Below the pieces are notes generated by a model. That model was not told the DNA's origin. It saw only the letters and a list, made by a program, of their open reading frames with translations, and made no database searches. Shown in pieces: positions 13,560 to 27,978 of a stretch of 64,000 nt of DNA (positions are counted from its first letter, which is position 1; the number at the start of each line of letters is the position of its first letter). Position numbers and translations under genes: made by a program. The stretch is from Marsupella aquatica (taxonomy: Eukaryota > Plantae > Marchantiophyta): assembly GCA_973895155.1 (NCBI GenBank), contig OZ316896.1, positions 5,407,303-5,471,302 of the forward strand. The letters run 5' to 3'.

Positions 13560-14937
13560 TAGATATATACTTAGTGGACCTCCAAATGCAACTTTTTCTC
13601 TTAATGGACCAAAAATTGCACACGCCCTCCCAGTGGACCCCAATGTTTAGATTCTCTCCCAATGGACCCCCGGGCCCACTCCATACAAGCATGTTCTTAT
13701 GAAACACCTTGCCACACAATTCAGGTCCATTACATACCCTGTGGACACCGTGGTTGGTCATGTGTAGTAGGCCGTCGATAACGTCGCAGTCCACAAGCGT
13801 CGTAGCCTTGGTCGCAATCAAGCGCGGCAACATGATGGCTTCCTAGTTTTTGTGAATACAATATAGCTATTGTATTCAAACTACAATAGCCGCAATCTAG
13901 AACAATCGGAAGAATACAACATGGTCAATGTATTTACTCTACGCATGCAATGACACGTCGTGATTGTAGGTTGCGTCTGCTTTGCTTGTAGGTTGCGTCT
14001 GCTTTGGATACACAGTGGACATTGTATTCAAAGATTGCACCTAAACAAAGTTAGGATTCCCCTGCCTTACATACAGGCAATAAGGCTTGCTATAATCAAC
14101 AAAACCAAAACCTGTTCAACATAGAATGATAAATGTGTGTCTTGCATACAATATGCATGTTGTATGCACATTTCCCCCGACTTTACGACGAAGACACCCC
14201 CTTGTCGAAGCCTTCCCAAATGGACAAAACTTATCATATTACAACACAAAAATATGATTTGTCATTTATACACTTTGCACATTGTATTCGGATTTTCACA
14301 CTTAGGAAAAAATTCGTCCCTCCGACTTTACGAAGATGCCCCTCTTTCCCCGCCAAAGACTGCTCAAATGGGCAAAACCTATTGTATTTCAACATAGAAA
14401 TATGATTTGTCATGTATACACTTTGCACGCTGTATTTAGATTTCACACTTAGACAAAAACTTTGTCACTCTGACTTTACGAAGACACCCCCCTCCGAAGC
14501 CTACCCAAATGGACAAAAACCTATTGTATTACAACACAGAGATATGACTTGTCATGTATACACTTTGCAAGTTGTATTTGGATTTCACACTTAGAAAAAA
14601 AAATTGTCCCTCCAACTTTACAAACCCCCCCCCCCCCCACCAAAGTGACGGTTCATGTTTGTATGCATTGTGGTCAATGTATACATTATGGGATACATTG
14701 ATTCACTCGGAACTGTGATCGTAGTCAACCGCGTTCGGCGATGCGGTCGGACACTGAAGAACATGCTGCATTTTACAGTGACAATCTCGCGTTATAAGAA
14801 CTGCACAATGTGTTAGAAGAACATCTCACACGAAATGGCACCTCTGGTGGGCCCGGAGGTCCATTGGGAGGGCGTGTGCAACTTTTGGTCCATTAGGAAA
14901 ACAAGTTGCATTTGGAGGTCCACTAAGTATATCTCTC
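13560..14937. mobile_element. Non-autonomous Mutator-like element with ~80-bp TIRs and internal ~145-bp tandem repeats
   Basis: TIR 'atatacttagtggacctccaaatgcaact...aatggaccaaaa.ttgcacacgccctccca.tggacc' is mirrored at 14850-14937. 10-bp TSD caagtaacca at 13550-13559 and 14938-14947. An internal 'ctttac(g)aa' unit recurs at ~14177, 14322, 14470 and 14612. Confidence 0.85.
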
Positions 14938-17900
14938 CAAGTAACCATCACTAAAGCAACCATCACTAAACCACCTTCACAGACTTGCATCCTGCTATTA
15001 TAGCATGTTCATCCTGGAACTTACCTTTTTTTTTGTCTTATAGTGATATGTAATTCAGTTAAATAGGTATATGTACAATATATCACATAAAATCACATTA
15101 TGACAAAGAAAGTATAAAGATACTAAAGAGTTGAGTTGTGCACATACAGTACAGATTTTCACTTGCTTCTAGGTAATGATATTCAATTCCATTAAAACTA
15201 TAAATTTTACAAAATAAACCATGAGGGGAACTTAGTACACCAGATGTGCATATTGTTCAACTTCATTTCTTACACTCTCATGAAAAAAAAGAGAATTCAC
15301 TGAGGAGTGATTGAAAAAGAAAGATTAAACCTTGGTGAGGGGAGCCAGATACATTCAAAATACTCTAAATTCACTACAATTAAGAGGGGTCCTAAAGTTA
15401 ATTCAAAATTAAATAAATATAAATGATTTACCTTGTTAAGGCACATTAAAATCAAAATGCTTGACACAAAATTTGAATGAGACAAAATACGAAAGGTGGA
15501 TTCACCAAGCAGCCTCATAATTGCATCCTGCTATTATGCGACTTGAGGGGAAGCATTGGAAAAAAACAGATGAGGACTATTTCATCTCATTCTTACCTCA
15601 AGATTCCCACAATGACACCTGATAAATTGGACATCCTACAGTACATTCATTCCTGTCTTTTGAATTCTAAATGCTTCCTCTCTCCCCAAAACTCTAATCA
15701 CATTGATATTTAGATATGATCTTTCATCTGGTCCAGCCACCAAACCATAAACTTTGTACATTACCTTGTGCTGCAGGTGCCTTTCCTGTAAGGCTCCTAC
15801 ACTCTTTGCAGCTATACATCCCATTATGTGTGTGACAAAATTAGAATTAGTTAGTCTGGGTGGCCAAGCCTATTGGGACAAAAGTAGTTGCAATTGTGAA
15901 TTTTTCTCATCATGAATAGTTCTGTAGTGATTGTAAGTATGGTTTAAGCTCATATTCATGGCAGTCAGAAAGGACCCCCTTGCACGAACAACGCTGCCAT
16001 TTGCCTAAGGATTAGTGAATTTTGGTTCCCCCAAACTGACGTGGTGGGTCTTTGCAATGTTCTCATGGATGTTTAGTAAAGATGTATGGTTGTTTGAATT
16101 TTTCAAGATGTGGATTCATAGATCCTCTATCCTAAAATGTTAACAGCACATCACAAATACAATTGTTTCAAGAAATCACTATGAATTGCTCTTGCTTGCA
16201 TACCTCAATAATACTCGAGGCTTACTATTTAGTGCGCAGGTAAATAGCGTCAGTCCAACATTATACTTGCTAAGCCAATATCCTGCGAGCTCCAAATTTT
16301 GGAGTCGCTGTGAATAGTTGTAGACTGTGAATAGTTGTAGACCCATCTAGACTTAGTGGTATTTTCCTTGGAAACTTTTGTGGTGGTGGGAGAAAAAGGT
16401 CTCGTAAGTTAGTCATTGAGGTTCTCGGAATCAAGAGATGGCAGATAGAGTAGCTGTTCTAGGCTCTAACGGTTCATCAGACATGACATTCCATGATTCC
16501 ATCAGTTCATAGAATTTGGTGTTTCAGACTGAATTTTCAGATCTATAGACCCAAATTTGATTGGTCTTCATTTCGTCGTTCCGATTCCCAACCTTCTATT
16601 CGAGCACCTTTCCCATTGCACCGAGGTCCTGCAAAGTGCAAATTGTCCATTTCTGACTGGTGACTCTTGCGTGCAGAGAGGGGGGCCACACAATCTCTCT
16701 CTGCTGTACACTGCCCTCGCCAGTGGACGATCGTGGCCACGAATTCAATTCGCATAATTATTGCACCGTTCGAAAACTTTCTGGAAAGAATGACGCTGTG
16801 TACTGCACTGCTGTGCCAGAAATTTCAAATCATTTGCTCAAAAAGTTTCATTATTTTTTGCAAATGTAATCGTGCATGCCTCTCAACTTCTCAAGATTCA
16901 AGGCTACTAACTGTCCAAGTGGGAATTATAAGATGAATAGTTAGACTGAGGACAGAGTAGTAGAACCTGACATCTGGTTGCTGAGCGGGATGACATTGAA
17001 TCTAAAAGGTGACAACATTTTTGTCCTAGAGCCAGAGGACGAGGACTCGCTTTTGCCAAGACCCACGTGATCGTTGAGTTCTCCTATGCGATACTTTCAC
17101 GGGAAACAAGGAGTGGAAATCAGATCTGATGATCAATAGAGTCCTTCAGTGCATAGTCCAGCCTCATTGATTTCCCTGGAGTTCTAGAAACATTCCATGA
17201 GCTGCACCGAGTCACCGACGTCAGTGACCCCTTTTGTTCATTCATTCCTTTATCCCATATTTCCCTGATGGGGTGTGAACTGCACTTTTTGTTCCTTTGA
17301 TCCTTGCTCCACCATTTGCTTGATGGGGTAGTAAATTGCCCTTTTTGATCTTTTGGTCCTTTATCTCACATTTGCTTGATGCGGGTATAAATCGAAGGGA
17401 CTTTAAATGAACCCAGTCATTTTGGTTTAAGTCTGCACCATAGGATTTCTGGTTTTGGATTGAGTTCACTTTACATGAATTCAGCAGCAGAATAGAGCTG
17501 TACTTTAAAACAAGGGGGTGAAATGAAACATGAACTTTGCTATCAAACCCAAAATTGTTTGACAATCAATTCTTGCATTGACTCATGAAACTCTAGTTGA
17601 GGCAGTGAGACAAATGCCATAGCCTCAACCTTTCAATTTTGAAGTTACCTCATTCTGGTTTGGCAGAACTGCGGTGACTTTGGAACAAAGCACTTAAAGC
17701 CATTCTGGCAGTTCCGGCCCCTGTTCAAATCCTGAGTACCTCAACTCAGAGGCTACACTCAACTCATTCTGGATAGTGCTCTTGTACAAGCCCATTGCAG
17801 CCATTTCCACTCATCATATAGTCCAGATTTAATCTCAACTGTAATAAAAAAGAAGAAGACAATGTCCCTTGTAAGAGTATGTGCCAGTGCTTGGCATCAG

Positions 17901-18189
17901 GGCACCGTGCTGACATACATTGCAATTTCCATGTCCATCCTAAAGTTTGGGCTTGCACTTATTTCTGCAATCCCCAAAGTCATGACATCCTGTGCCCCGA
18001 TGACCATATTCCTTGTTTTTCCAAGTCACCATTCCTCATTAACAAGTGCTGCCAAACCAGAATTACACTGCTCTTTGTGCCACATGTGTGCATCAGACAA
18101 CAGGGTTGCAGGCTATGGTAGTGATTGTCAACTTCACACAAACGGGTTTTCACAAGAGGTTTTGTTGGTGCAATTGGTAGAAGTTCATG

Positions 18190-18314
18190 GGGCCTGGGAA
18201 AGATGCAAGCCCCCACGCCTTTGCCAAACTTTGACTAATGCACAGCGCTGGCCTGGGAAAGATGCAAGCCCCCACGCCTTTGCCAAACTTTGACTAATGC
18301 ACAGCGCTGGCCTG
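18190..18314. repeat. Near-perfect ~59-bp tandem duplication
   Basis: 'ggcctgggaaagatgcaagcccc(c)acgcctttgccaaactttgactaatgcacagcgct' occurs twice. Confidence 0.9.
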
Positions 18315-18919
18315 AAAACTGGTGAGGATGCTCTTAGTAATGGAAAGGTGACTTACTAGTATTTTCCTAACATCTCCTTGAAGTGAACAAGATTGCTTAT
18401 GGTTTTTCGCAGTGGTCATCTTGAACAAGGAGCCAACAGGCACCTCTAGCAATTAGAGCCTGCATATCGGCTCGTTATCCTATGGATCACAAGAAAGCTG
18501 GAAAGACACAAAAAAGCTTTAAAGGACAAAAGAGAAGGAAAAAAGTATCCATTTATCGGAAAGTGCCAAACAAAGTACAATGGAATCAAGCAAAAGGGGT
18601 CCAGAGATAACCAACATGAAAGTCATTATTTAAAGGGAAAAGGACTTGGATTTGAAAGGAGCAGCAGGATCGTTTTGTTCACTCGAGAACTGGAGAAAAG
18701 TGTTGTTGTACTACGATTGCACTGTTCACAGAAAAGGTTACTTTTGGCATAACCTCAAGTCTGAACTTTGTCCTTGATTTGGGTACTTGCTCCTCTCTAG
18801 ATGACCACAGTAGTAGACCTCTTGGAATCAGCCCAAACTTTGTCGTTGATTTTGGTACTTTCTTGCTCCTCTCTAGACTGATGACCACAGTAGTAGACCT
18901 GTTGGAATCAGCCTCTCCA

Positions 18920-19840
18920 ATCCCCATCAGCAGCAGCAGCAGTTCCACACACAGTTCCACACAGGAAAGGAGGAACCCACCTTAAAGGGTTGTATTGAAA
19001 GTACAACCCTTTTCATGGGAATAAAGTTCAGCCCTCATTTGTCCATCTGGCAACGTACGTTGGAGCTCTCATTGCCTTGCTGCTGAATTGCAGCCGTGAC
19101 AAAATGGAGCATTGTTACCAGGGTAGTTTCTATTTTGAGGGTTTTCTTTTTGCCAGGGTGGCGAATCTCATAATGTATGAAGGGGATGGGGTGAGAGGCT
19201 AGGGGTCTGCATAATCAAACCAAACAAAATTGAGAGAGTAGACTTCTTAGTGACATGGAATTTGGGTGATTCTCCCAACAAACAAAAACCCTCAAATTCC
19301 CATCAGCAGAAGCAGTTCACACAGTAAAGGGGCAACTAACTCAATTTAAGGGGTTGTCATGAAAGTACAACAGAAACCTTTTCACGGGAATAAAGTCTCA
19401 GCCTTTATTTGTCCATCTGGCAAGGTGCCTTGCATTGCTGCTGAATTGGCCTGACGACATGAAGACCAGGGCCATTTAAAATCATTTTTTTCGCTTTAGG
19501 GAGGGTGGCGAATGTCATGTTGTGTGAAGGCCTAGTGGGGTGTGAGGCTAGGTGGGAACCTGGCTAATAAAGACAAAAAGCCTGGCGAATTGCTACTAAA
19601 AGTGGCCAATACTGTTGAATGAGATAAATTCTGGATAATTTCCACCCCCCCAAAAGCGACCATCAGTCCATCACTCCAATCCCCGTCAGCAGCAGCAGTT
19701 TCATACAGTGCAGGTTGAATTAAATAAAGGGGTTGTTCTAGAGGTACAGCAGAAACCTTTTCACGGGAATAGCATGGGCTCTCATTTGTCCATCTGGCAA
19801 GAACTATTGCTGCTAAACTTTCAGGCCTGACGAAATGGAG
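18920..19840. repeat. Three diverged ~380-bp tandem units
   Basis: 'ccc.tcagcag.agcagtt', 'aaggg(g)ttgt...gtaca', 'ccttttca.gggaata' and 'atttgtccatctggcaa' recur at ~18920, 19300 and 19680. Confidence 0.8.
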
Positions 19841-22800
19841 AGCAGTGACAGACTCGAAAAAGGTGCCATTTATGATTTTTAATAAAGAAAAAGAGGGACA
19901 ACCTGTAACTTTAGTGTATTATTTGACACTGTTAGACACAGGAATTTTACACTCTCATGGTACCCCTGGAACCTTACATGCCTTGATTTGGAAGTGTAAG
20001 AGGCTTTGTACAACCCACACTTTGTGCTTCCTAAAGTTTTCCGGTTTTTTTTCTAAAGGAAAAATAAAATAATATTTTGAGCAGCTACAAATTCAAGATC
20101 TCCCTCTACATCCAATGGGATATGATTTTCTTGAGTCCATCTGGAAACGGATCGCAAAGATCTCTTCAATGCGGCCAATCAGCAAATTTCAGGGACTTGA
20201 GAGACCTAACAATTTCCAAAGATGACTCATTTTGTTGCCACGTTTTACTCAAAATCGGAGTTTATATTATTACGTGAGCAGAAAAGAGGGTTCAGGATCT
20301 GGGTCTCAAAAGTCTATTCTAGCATGTGGGCAAAAAGTGAAAGTGCATTCGTGTTTCAAGGTCATACCTCTTCACACAGTTTTGTAAAAACCTTTACAAC
20401 AACCCTCAAGTGTATTATTGTAGGTGTGTGCCTCAAGTGGATCCTGGCATGCCAGGATATTTCTAAAGTTGTGTAGGATACTCATAAATGATAAATTAGT
20501 AGCACTTGAGATCGGGATCGGGTTAAGAATGATCCATTGCTTACCGACGGTCTAGATTCTTCCTCAGGTTCCCCTGGCACCCGTGGAAAAACGTTTGTAT
20601 AAAATTTCCTTTCGGATATGATATTGTACGAATGGTCACGTGCCGAAATACCTTATATCTGATGGTCACGTGACCGAAATGCTTATATTCAGATAGTACA
20701 AGATTTCTGCTTTTGCAGTGAAAAGTTCATTTCATCTGATTGGATAAGATCGCATATCTCTCTAGTACTTTTCATTCAGAATTTATTGTCAAATATTTAT
20801 TATGAGCTCAAGATCCGTGTCTTATTATTTATTTAACACGGAATGGGCCTCAAGATCCCTGTCTCCTAAGCAATTGTCAATAAAAAACACAAAGCATAAA
20901 GACCTGGCAACTTTCTCCCGAAAATAACAATTTCTTGTCTCTGAAACAACTTAATGTTTTAATTTGTCAATAAGAGTACAACAAATAAAGATCAACTGTA
21001 GCAACGTCCCCCCCAAAACCCCCCCAAAAAACATTTAAATTAAAGACCTACCAACTCACAAGTGAGAATAAGTCACTTGGGGAATAGCTCATCACTATTA
21101 AACTAATCCTTGTCGTCTTGTCTTTCCAACTCATTCCTGTGCTTTTCAGCTTTGAAGATACTCTGGGATCTTGCATTAGCAATACCCTGACTCCCAAAAT
21201 AATTGAAAAGGGATTGAAAATGATTCCAATTAGAAAGAGTGCAAATTATCCTGTTAGCTGGAACCTGGGTTCCAACAGGCTCCCAGTGGACCCCAAGCCC
21301 AGCACATAGTAACCGCGGGTATGCAAAAAAGGTTCAGTCACTCGTTCCTTTATTGGATATTTAGTTTCCCCTATACAATCTCCCTGAATATGAGGGTAGC
21401 CCATATATGGTGGACTATAATATCCCATAAAGGGATAGTAGCCTACCTTAACTGTATACATAAGGGTGATTGTGGTCATCACCCATATGAAGGCATTTTG
21501 TGAGGTATAAGTAAATAAAGAAAATGCTTTATGTTCTGAATTCAGAATGCAGAACTGGGGGAGCCCAAAGTTACTAGTCAGGCTTCAAACTGCAGACCAG
21601 GATGGTACCCAGGCAGAAGTTCCAACCATGGAACTCAAGGCAATCAGAATTACATGAAGGTTGTCAAACACTGATAAAACATATATTCTTGCATATTTTA
21701 CTGTGCATATTCATAGCATCTGTATACCCAGCTCCCGCGCTGGCAAAAACAATAGACTAATGGACCATATATTTACACTGTCCGTTTTGAATGAGATATA
21801 ATCAGTGAAAAAAGTGCTTATGTGTCAGCGTATGAATATGAACCAAAAAGTGAATAGAAGCCCAATGACATTTGATTCCCAAGGCGCAACAAGCAGCATC
21901 AAGTGGCGAGATATGGATGGGACGGGTGACAAGGAGTGTCTCAAACCATTAGAATTTTGCAGAACTTAGACGTGCCCTGAAAAGAGTCCAATTAGATGTA
22001 ATTCTTTAGTTTGAAAGTGTGTTACGCCATCATGGGGTCTACTAGAAGCCATTGTCTCAAAGTTTGAAGTTGTGGGGTCTATTGGAAAAGTTTTGGGGGT
22101 CTCTTATGCTATGAACTCACTCAAGATGGTCCATTAAATCATTATCTTTTGGGTAGGGGATTTCCAGGTGCATTATATCCAACTCCTAGTACCATATCTA
22201 CTCTAAACTGATGGCACCCATGTATGATGCACCAATCTTCCCTGGTTACAAGCGTTTACCGATGGGTCTAATTGGTAAACCATTCAGTTTAATTGAAGAA
22301 AAAGGACCAAGTTACTGAAAAGGGCCACAACGAAGTAAAAGCACAAGAGGTCCATGTAGGACAAAATTTCACTTTAATACTTGTGGGGTGGGATAATACC
22401 AGGCTACTTCTTTATCTTATAACCCAAGTATGGGCATAGCTCTTCAGGTCAAAGGGGTGTTTAATTGGCTCAACAAGAGGACCCACAAAATCCAATGTCT
22501 GCGGCATCAGTCACATGACACGAAATTCTTAATGTGGATTGTTTAATTTAATTATCCTTTTTTGTTTCAATATGTAAAAAGAAAGATCCAATAGACACAA
22601 AGGGTGGCTCTGAAGAGTGGATCGACCAACAAAAAGGGAGCAAATATTCTGATACGACTAGAAGTAGTGTTATAGGAGTATAAATTTTAATGTGCAGTTG
22701 TGCCCACGGGGGTTCTGTCCAGTGTATTTTAAAGGTTTTTACTTTTTTGTCAGAGTGGCGAATGTCCGGTGTGTGCAAGAGAAGATGCTCAAAATATTCC

Positions 22801-25256
22801 TTTTCTGATTATTTTCCTGACAGTCAGATTCCCTAGGGATGACCATTAGATCTGGCTAATGGGACCTGTGATTAGGCGGAACACTGGCTAATGAGACAGA
22901 AAAATACTAGCCAATTTTTGCCAAAAATAGCAAAAACCTTTTTGAGGGAAGTGGAATTTGGCTAATTTTTGCCACTAAAAAATTTGCTGGTTCTGCCATC
23001 CCATGCAAGTATCTTGTCTCCATGCTTTTCTTCTTCAAAATGAGAAAGAAAATGGCCTCATTGTAACTAACAAGGAAAAGTGAATATTTAAAAGAAGAAA
23101 TGAACCCTAACTTTAGAATTCAATCCAAAATTTTAGTAATTAATTCACCGTATGGAGCTAAGACACATCATGATCATGTCTTTGACCTGAGAGAAAATCA
23201 TATTAGTTTTAATTACATATTTTAGAAGCATGAGCTGTTACTAAAATAACAGACACTTACACTTAACATCTATTTTGGTGAATCCAACTTTCATGTTTTG
23301 TTTTATTCATATTTTTGTGTCATGTATTTTTATTTGAATGTACCTTAACAAGGGGCGTACTTTATATCATAGAGACTTTTAATTTATTTTTGGATCCCTT
23401 TAAGTTTGGTATCCTATAGTAATTTGAATTTATTTGGGCAGCCCCCTTAATTTTGAAACTTTGTTATCTCCTAGAGAGAAACCAAGGGCTTCATTTTCTA
23501 CCACTTTTAAGTATTCTCATGAGTGAGAGGAATGATTCTCAGTAGAGTCAGCACCGGGGTCAACACATCTTGTCTTAAGCTCCCGTCATGGCTTTCTTTC
23601 CTAAGTTTATGGTTTTTATTGAAATGAGTATCATTAATAAGGCACATTGAAATAAGGGCACAATTAGTAGCATCTTTGTGTCATAAAATTTAATTATACT
23701 TTTCATTGGTCAGTATGTGCTTTTATTTGCATGTACTTAACTTATATCATTTTATCCCATTTGCATTCTAGTTTTACTCTCTAATTTTATCCATATACAT
23801 CTCACTACCAGACAAAAAGTAGGGCATGTTCCAGGATGAGCATGTTATAATTACCGTAGCACTCGATGACACCACCCCAAATTTCCACGTTGGCCACCAC
23901 CATTATAGTCTTAGAAGAGGCCACCATCATGAAGACTATAATGTGATGCACTTTGGTGTCCGTTAGAGTACATTTATTTCCAGTTATCATGATTTCTCCC
24001 CACCAAATAGCCAGAGGAAGAGAGTGCATTAGGAAGACCTTTAAATATTTGGTGATCTTGGCCCTTTGGGGTCTGTTTTCTTTTTGCTCTGCTGGTCTTT
24101 GCCAATGCAGTCATGTGAATTTCATTGGGCACACTGTTGCTTAGAAATAGAACGACCTTTAAATTGTTTTTCTTTTCAGTTTCTTATTGTTCATTTACAG
24201 GTAAGGGGGGAAATCGGTGATCAAAGAGCCCCAGTGATTGCGTACAAAGCAGTGATTTGAGTTCTAACTACTACGTTGTCTGCAAACAAAGTAGTAGGCA
24301 CTCTGCGTGGTGGAAATATCTTAGAAACATGATTCATAGTTTAGGGTCTGGCATCGAGTTTTATTGAGAATTGAGGGCGATGGCCAAAGATCCCTGGTGA
24401 TGACCAGAAGGCCAAATAACAAAAAGTTTGATTTTGACTTCTAATTACTCCCTAGGTGGGCAACCCCAGAGTAGGTGATTCTCAATGCATTGGAAAGGCC
24501 TTGGGAATAAATGTGTTTCTTTGAGTGACCCACTGTTGAACGTCATTGTGAGACTATGGAGAAATCAATGATTAAAGATCTCTGGGCGCAAGAGGATAAA
24601 CTCCTTGATCTCTTGAATGTTTTCAAGCTCATGCCTATGTCTAATAGGGAGTTTGAGTGAACAGCACCTGTCCATTTCAACCAGCTTTATGAAATATAGG
24701 TGACTTTATGGATATTAGAATTGGGATTTGAATCTCATCCACCATTTTGCTTAACCATGGATTAAAAGGTGATTTACTTTGGAGATCTCTCTATTGCACA
24801 GAAGGTAACATGTAATCTGAACATAGCATTTTTACTCCTTGCCAGGTTCTTTCCAGACACTATAAAGGTTGTAATTACAGGATGAAACAAGTCATATGGA
24901 TAAAATTTCTGTGTTTCAATGTCAAAAGTTTAGCAATTCCGATTTGAACATTGGCCACAATACATAAGAAGGCAGATTCCATATGTTCAACTGATAGATC
25001 CAGATATTGGGTCCTATTGTTGTTATCTCTGGCACTCTTGTGAATTACTCCCAAAGCAATCCACCAGCCAGCATCAAGTTGAAGTATCAAAAACACAATT
25101 TGGGCCATATGATGCAATCTCTTCTACTCGAAGAAACCAATTTCCTTGTTTCTTGGTTAACTTCTACCTCTATTTGGTTTGATAGAACATAAAACTATCT
25201 ACATTGAGTTTTGGATTGTATTTTTGGAAAAGCTATTTATTTACCTCTATTCGTCA

Positions 25257-26394
25257 TTATGGCTCATACCATTGTGTTGTCTTCCTTCCATAAAAGGGTT
25301 CTGGAAATGGTAGTGCAGCCATGACCTTCTTCAAATTATCCTCATAATTTTCCTCTGTTTTCTTGGTATCTGGGAAGAATCACAGGAACTTAGATTTAAG
25401 CTATGCAAGAGCAATGCATTTTATCAACTTCAGATGTCATAATGTCTGTGCCCTTAGTGAGTGAGAGAATGATACACTTTGTCCATTGCCATATAATTTG
25501 TGCCATTCATCATGCGAAGGGCATATTAGCATCTAAGTCCATGTTTGAGTGATCAAAGCATTTGAAACTACAGTCAAATTGAACTATTATGGAAAAAGCT
25601 GATCCTGTTTTACAGGAAGAGCAAGATAAGATAATGGTTCCCATATTGCTGGAAGAAGATGAATTGAGTTGTAATAATAATTTTGCAGAGCCTGACTTTT
25701 CTTGACATCCTCCCTGAATATACTATTCCTACATCTCAACGAGCATTTAGGAAATATTGCATACTTATTCCATGGAAATCAAACAATTTGAAACTTTTGC
25801 CCAAGAACAACTTACGTGCATATTCTTCTCGTCGTTGCTCTTTGACGGCAATAACATCAGACTGTTTTTGTCTGATTTGAGCTTCCAATGCTGCCAGGAG
25901 CTCTTGCTTAGTCTGCAATGGTAAGACATATGGAAGCATACAAGATAAGTTAAGAACTTGAAAATTTGTCTACCATAACACAATTAGAATAATCATCATC
26001 TGATTTACTCTACATCCTAGTTAGCATAGTGCAATGTACAAAAGTAAGGAAAGCAAAGTACTCTCTGGTGCATTGCCCTTTCCTTCAAGGATAAGCAACC
26101 TTTGGGATATAGTTGAAAACCAATTGAAGGAGCATTGACAAAGCAAATTTTTGAAGGGTTCTGACCAATCTTTCGTCCATAGCTCTAATTTGTCTTTCCT
26201 CTTCCAAGGCTCTCAACTCAGCTGCATGCCTTTCGGCCATTTCACGCTTCTCCGCCTCTTCAGCCTTTCGCTGGGCCTCTGTATGATGGAGTGTTTGTTA
26301 AGAACCACTGCAAGTCTTTGCTAAGAACGTACCCTCTAAGGTGATGTATTGAAAGTATAATTCTTTTTTCAGGTTTGGGAGAAAGAGAAGAGGG

Positions 26395-26434
<40 letters not shown>

Positions 26435-27978
26435 TGGGGGGTGGGGGGACCTTACTGAAAGCCCGAGCGCGGGTCAGGGTTGGACCAATCACTTGGGCGA
26501 GGGAAAGCCCTGAATTCTTATAGAAATAAAACCACCAGGCCAGTGGGCCAAAACAAGAGAACACAGAAAGCAAGAAGTTCAGGAAACCATCATCCATTGT
26601 GGACATTTAAGTAAAACAGTTGTTAGGCCTTACAGGAGAGCTCAATATCAAACCTTTTGTGTAGTCATCAAGGTCGCAGTTTAGCAAAATTGCAAGGATT
26701 TATCATATGGATTTCAAGATAGGGAGAAAGATGATTCCCTCCTTTTGGTGCACTGTGGAAGGCAGTGAAGGACTGAAAGTAATTGAAGAATGCATGGAAC
26801 AAGGGAGGTTGCATACCCATATCTGCCAATTGTTGTTGTCTCTCTTCATGAACACGACACCACAAGCGTTGTCTGGCATCCTCACTCCTCTTCCAAGCAG
26901 CTTCTCGCTTGTCCCATTCTTCATCTTCCTCTGCTTTGATCACTGCATCTCTTGCCAAATCGTTGGCCTTTTGCTTTGCCATCATATTGCTGAGATAGTT
27001 GGCAAAATCCCTAGCCTCGCGTCTGTGAGATGCTTTCAACTCCCTTTCAGCTTCCATTTCTGCTCCTTCTCTCTCCATCTGATAGGCAAGCCTTTCCTTG
27101 TCGTCTGCCTTTTCTTTGTTGATCCTGTCTTGTTGCATCCCTTTATTCGCTTCATTGTAATCCATCATGTATTTGCATCTTTGCCTTTCTTCTCGTCTTT
27201 GCTCCAACATCTCCTTACGCAAGGCCTCTTCTTCCTCATTCCACCTTTGGGTCATTTCTGCCATTTGGCGTTTCACCCGTTTCTTGTCCTCTTCTCTTAG
27301 CTTCTCCACCAATGCTCTTTGCTCATTCAACATTGTGATAGCTTCCTGTTTCTTTGTCTCCTTCATCTCCTGTTCTTTCAAATACCGTAGTTCCTTCTTT
27401 TGCTCTGCTGCTGCAATTTGCCTCTGGAACATCTTAGCTCTCTCCTCTTCTTCTTCTTTCAGATGTTCTAGTTGCTGCAGTTGGATCTTCCTCCCTTCAA
27501 CAGCTCTCCGAACTGCCATTTTTGATTCGTGCATGCGAACATCGTCGTTGCTCTCCTTCCAAGCTCTGAATAGCTGGTCTTGTGCGTATTTTTCCTTTTC
27601 CTCTTGTCTATTTGCTTTCAGAGCTCTTGCTCGCGCATCTAACCAAGCTCGTCTTTCAGGAAGTGTCATGGTGAGAGTTTTGAGTTCGTCCATCAGAAAG
27701 GCTTCCTCGCTGTCCAGCATGGCTTTAAGTTCCCGCCTTCTCCGATCCAAATTCCTTTCCTTGTTCTCATTCATTTCCTTGAACATCTCTTCCATATCTC
27801 GAAACTTTCGCTTTGGCTCCCCTGATTTGGCAAATTCACATGTTCGCATGACATGCTGATACTCCTTGACACCTTTAACGTTTTCAGCAAGGCGATCTTC
27901 ATAATTCCGCAATTTGAATATTCGATCTTCATTAGCAGGCAACCTCTTTGGATGGTAGTAGAGGTTTTTCCCAGCCAT
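25257..27978 (-). CDS. CFAP53: Cilia- and flagella-associated protein 53-like coiled-coil (TPH-type) protein, ~501 aa. Exons: 27978-26817, 26278-26166, 26082-26062, 25912-25816, 25369-25257
   Basis: Long E/K/R/Q coiled coil (RRRELKAMLDSEE, ARALKANRQEEKEKYAQDQLFRAWKESNDDVR). All four GT-AG introns are phase-consistent and the exons total 1506 nt. The C-terminus is ...PEPFYGRKTTQWYEP*. Confidence 0.8.
26396..26432. repeat. (TG)n microsatellite in intron 1 of the CFAP53-like gene
   Basis: About 18 TG units. Confidence 0.95.

Noticed and set aside
11750-18100. Scattered exon-like fragments on the - strand (~11750-12450, 15770-15830, 17650-18100)
   Set aside because: They contain stops, no consistent gene model could be built, and no family was recognised.
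18877-19862. CTGATGA/CTGACGA...GAAA as a hammerhead ribozyme core
   Set aside because: Stem II and the flanking helices do not pair as required.
26707-27859. 197-aa and 230-aa + strand ORFs
   Set aside because: Antisense shadows of the E/K/R-rich CFAP53-like exon.
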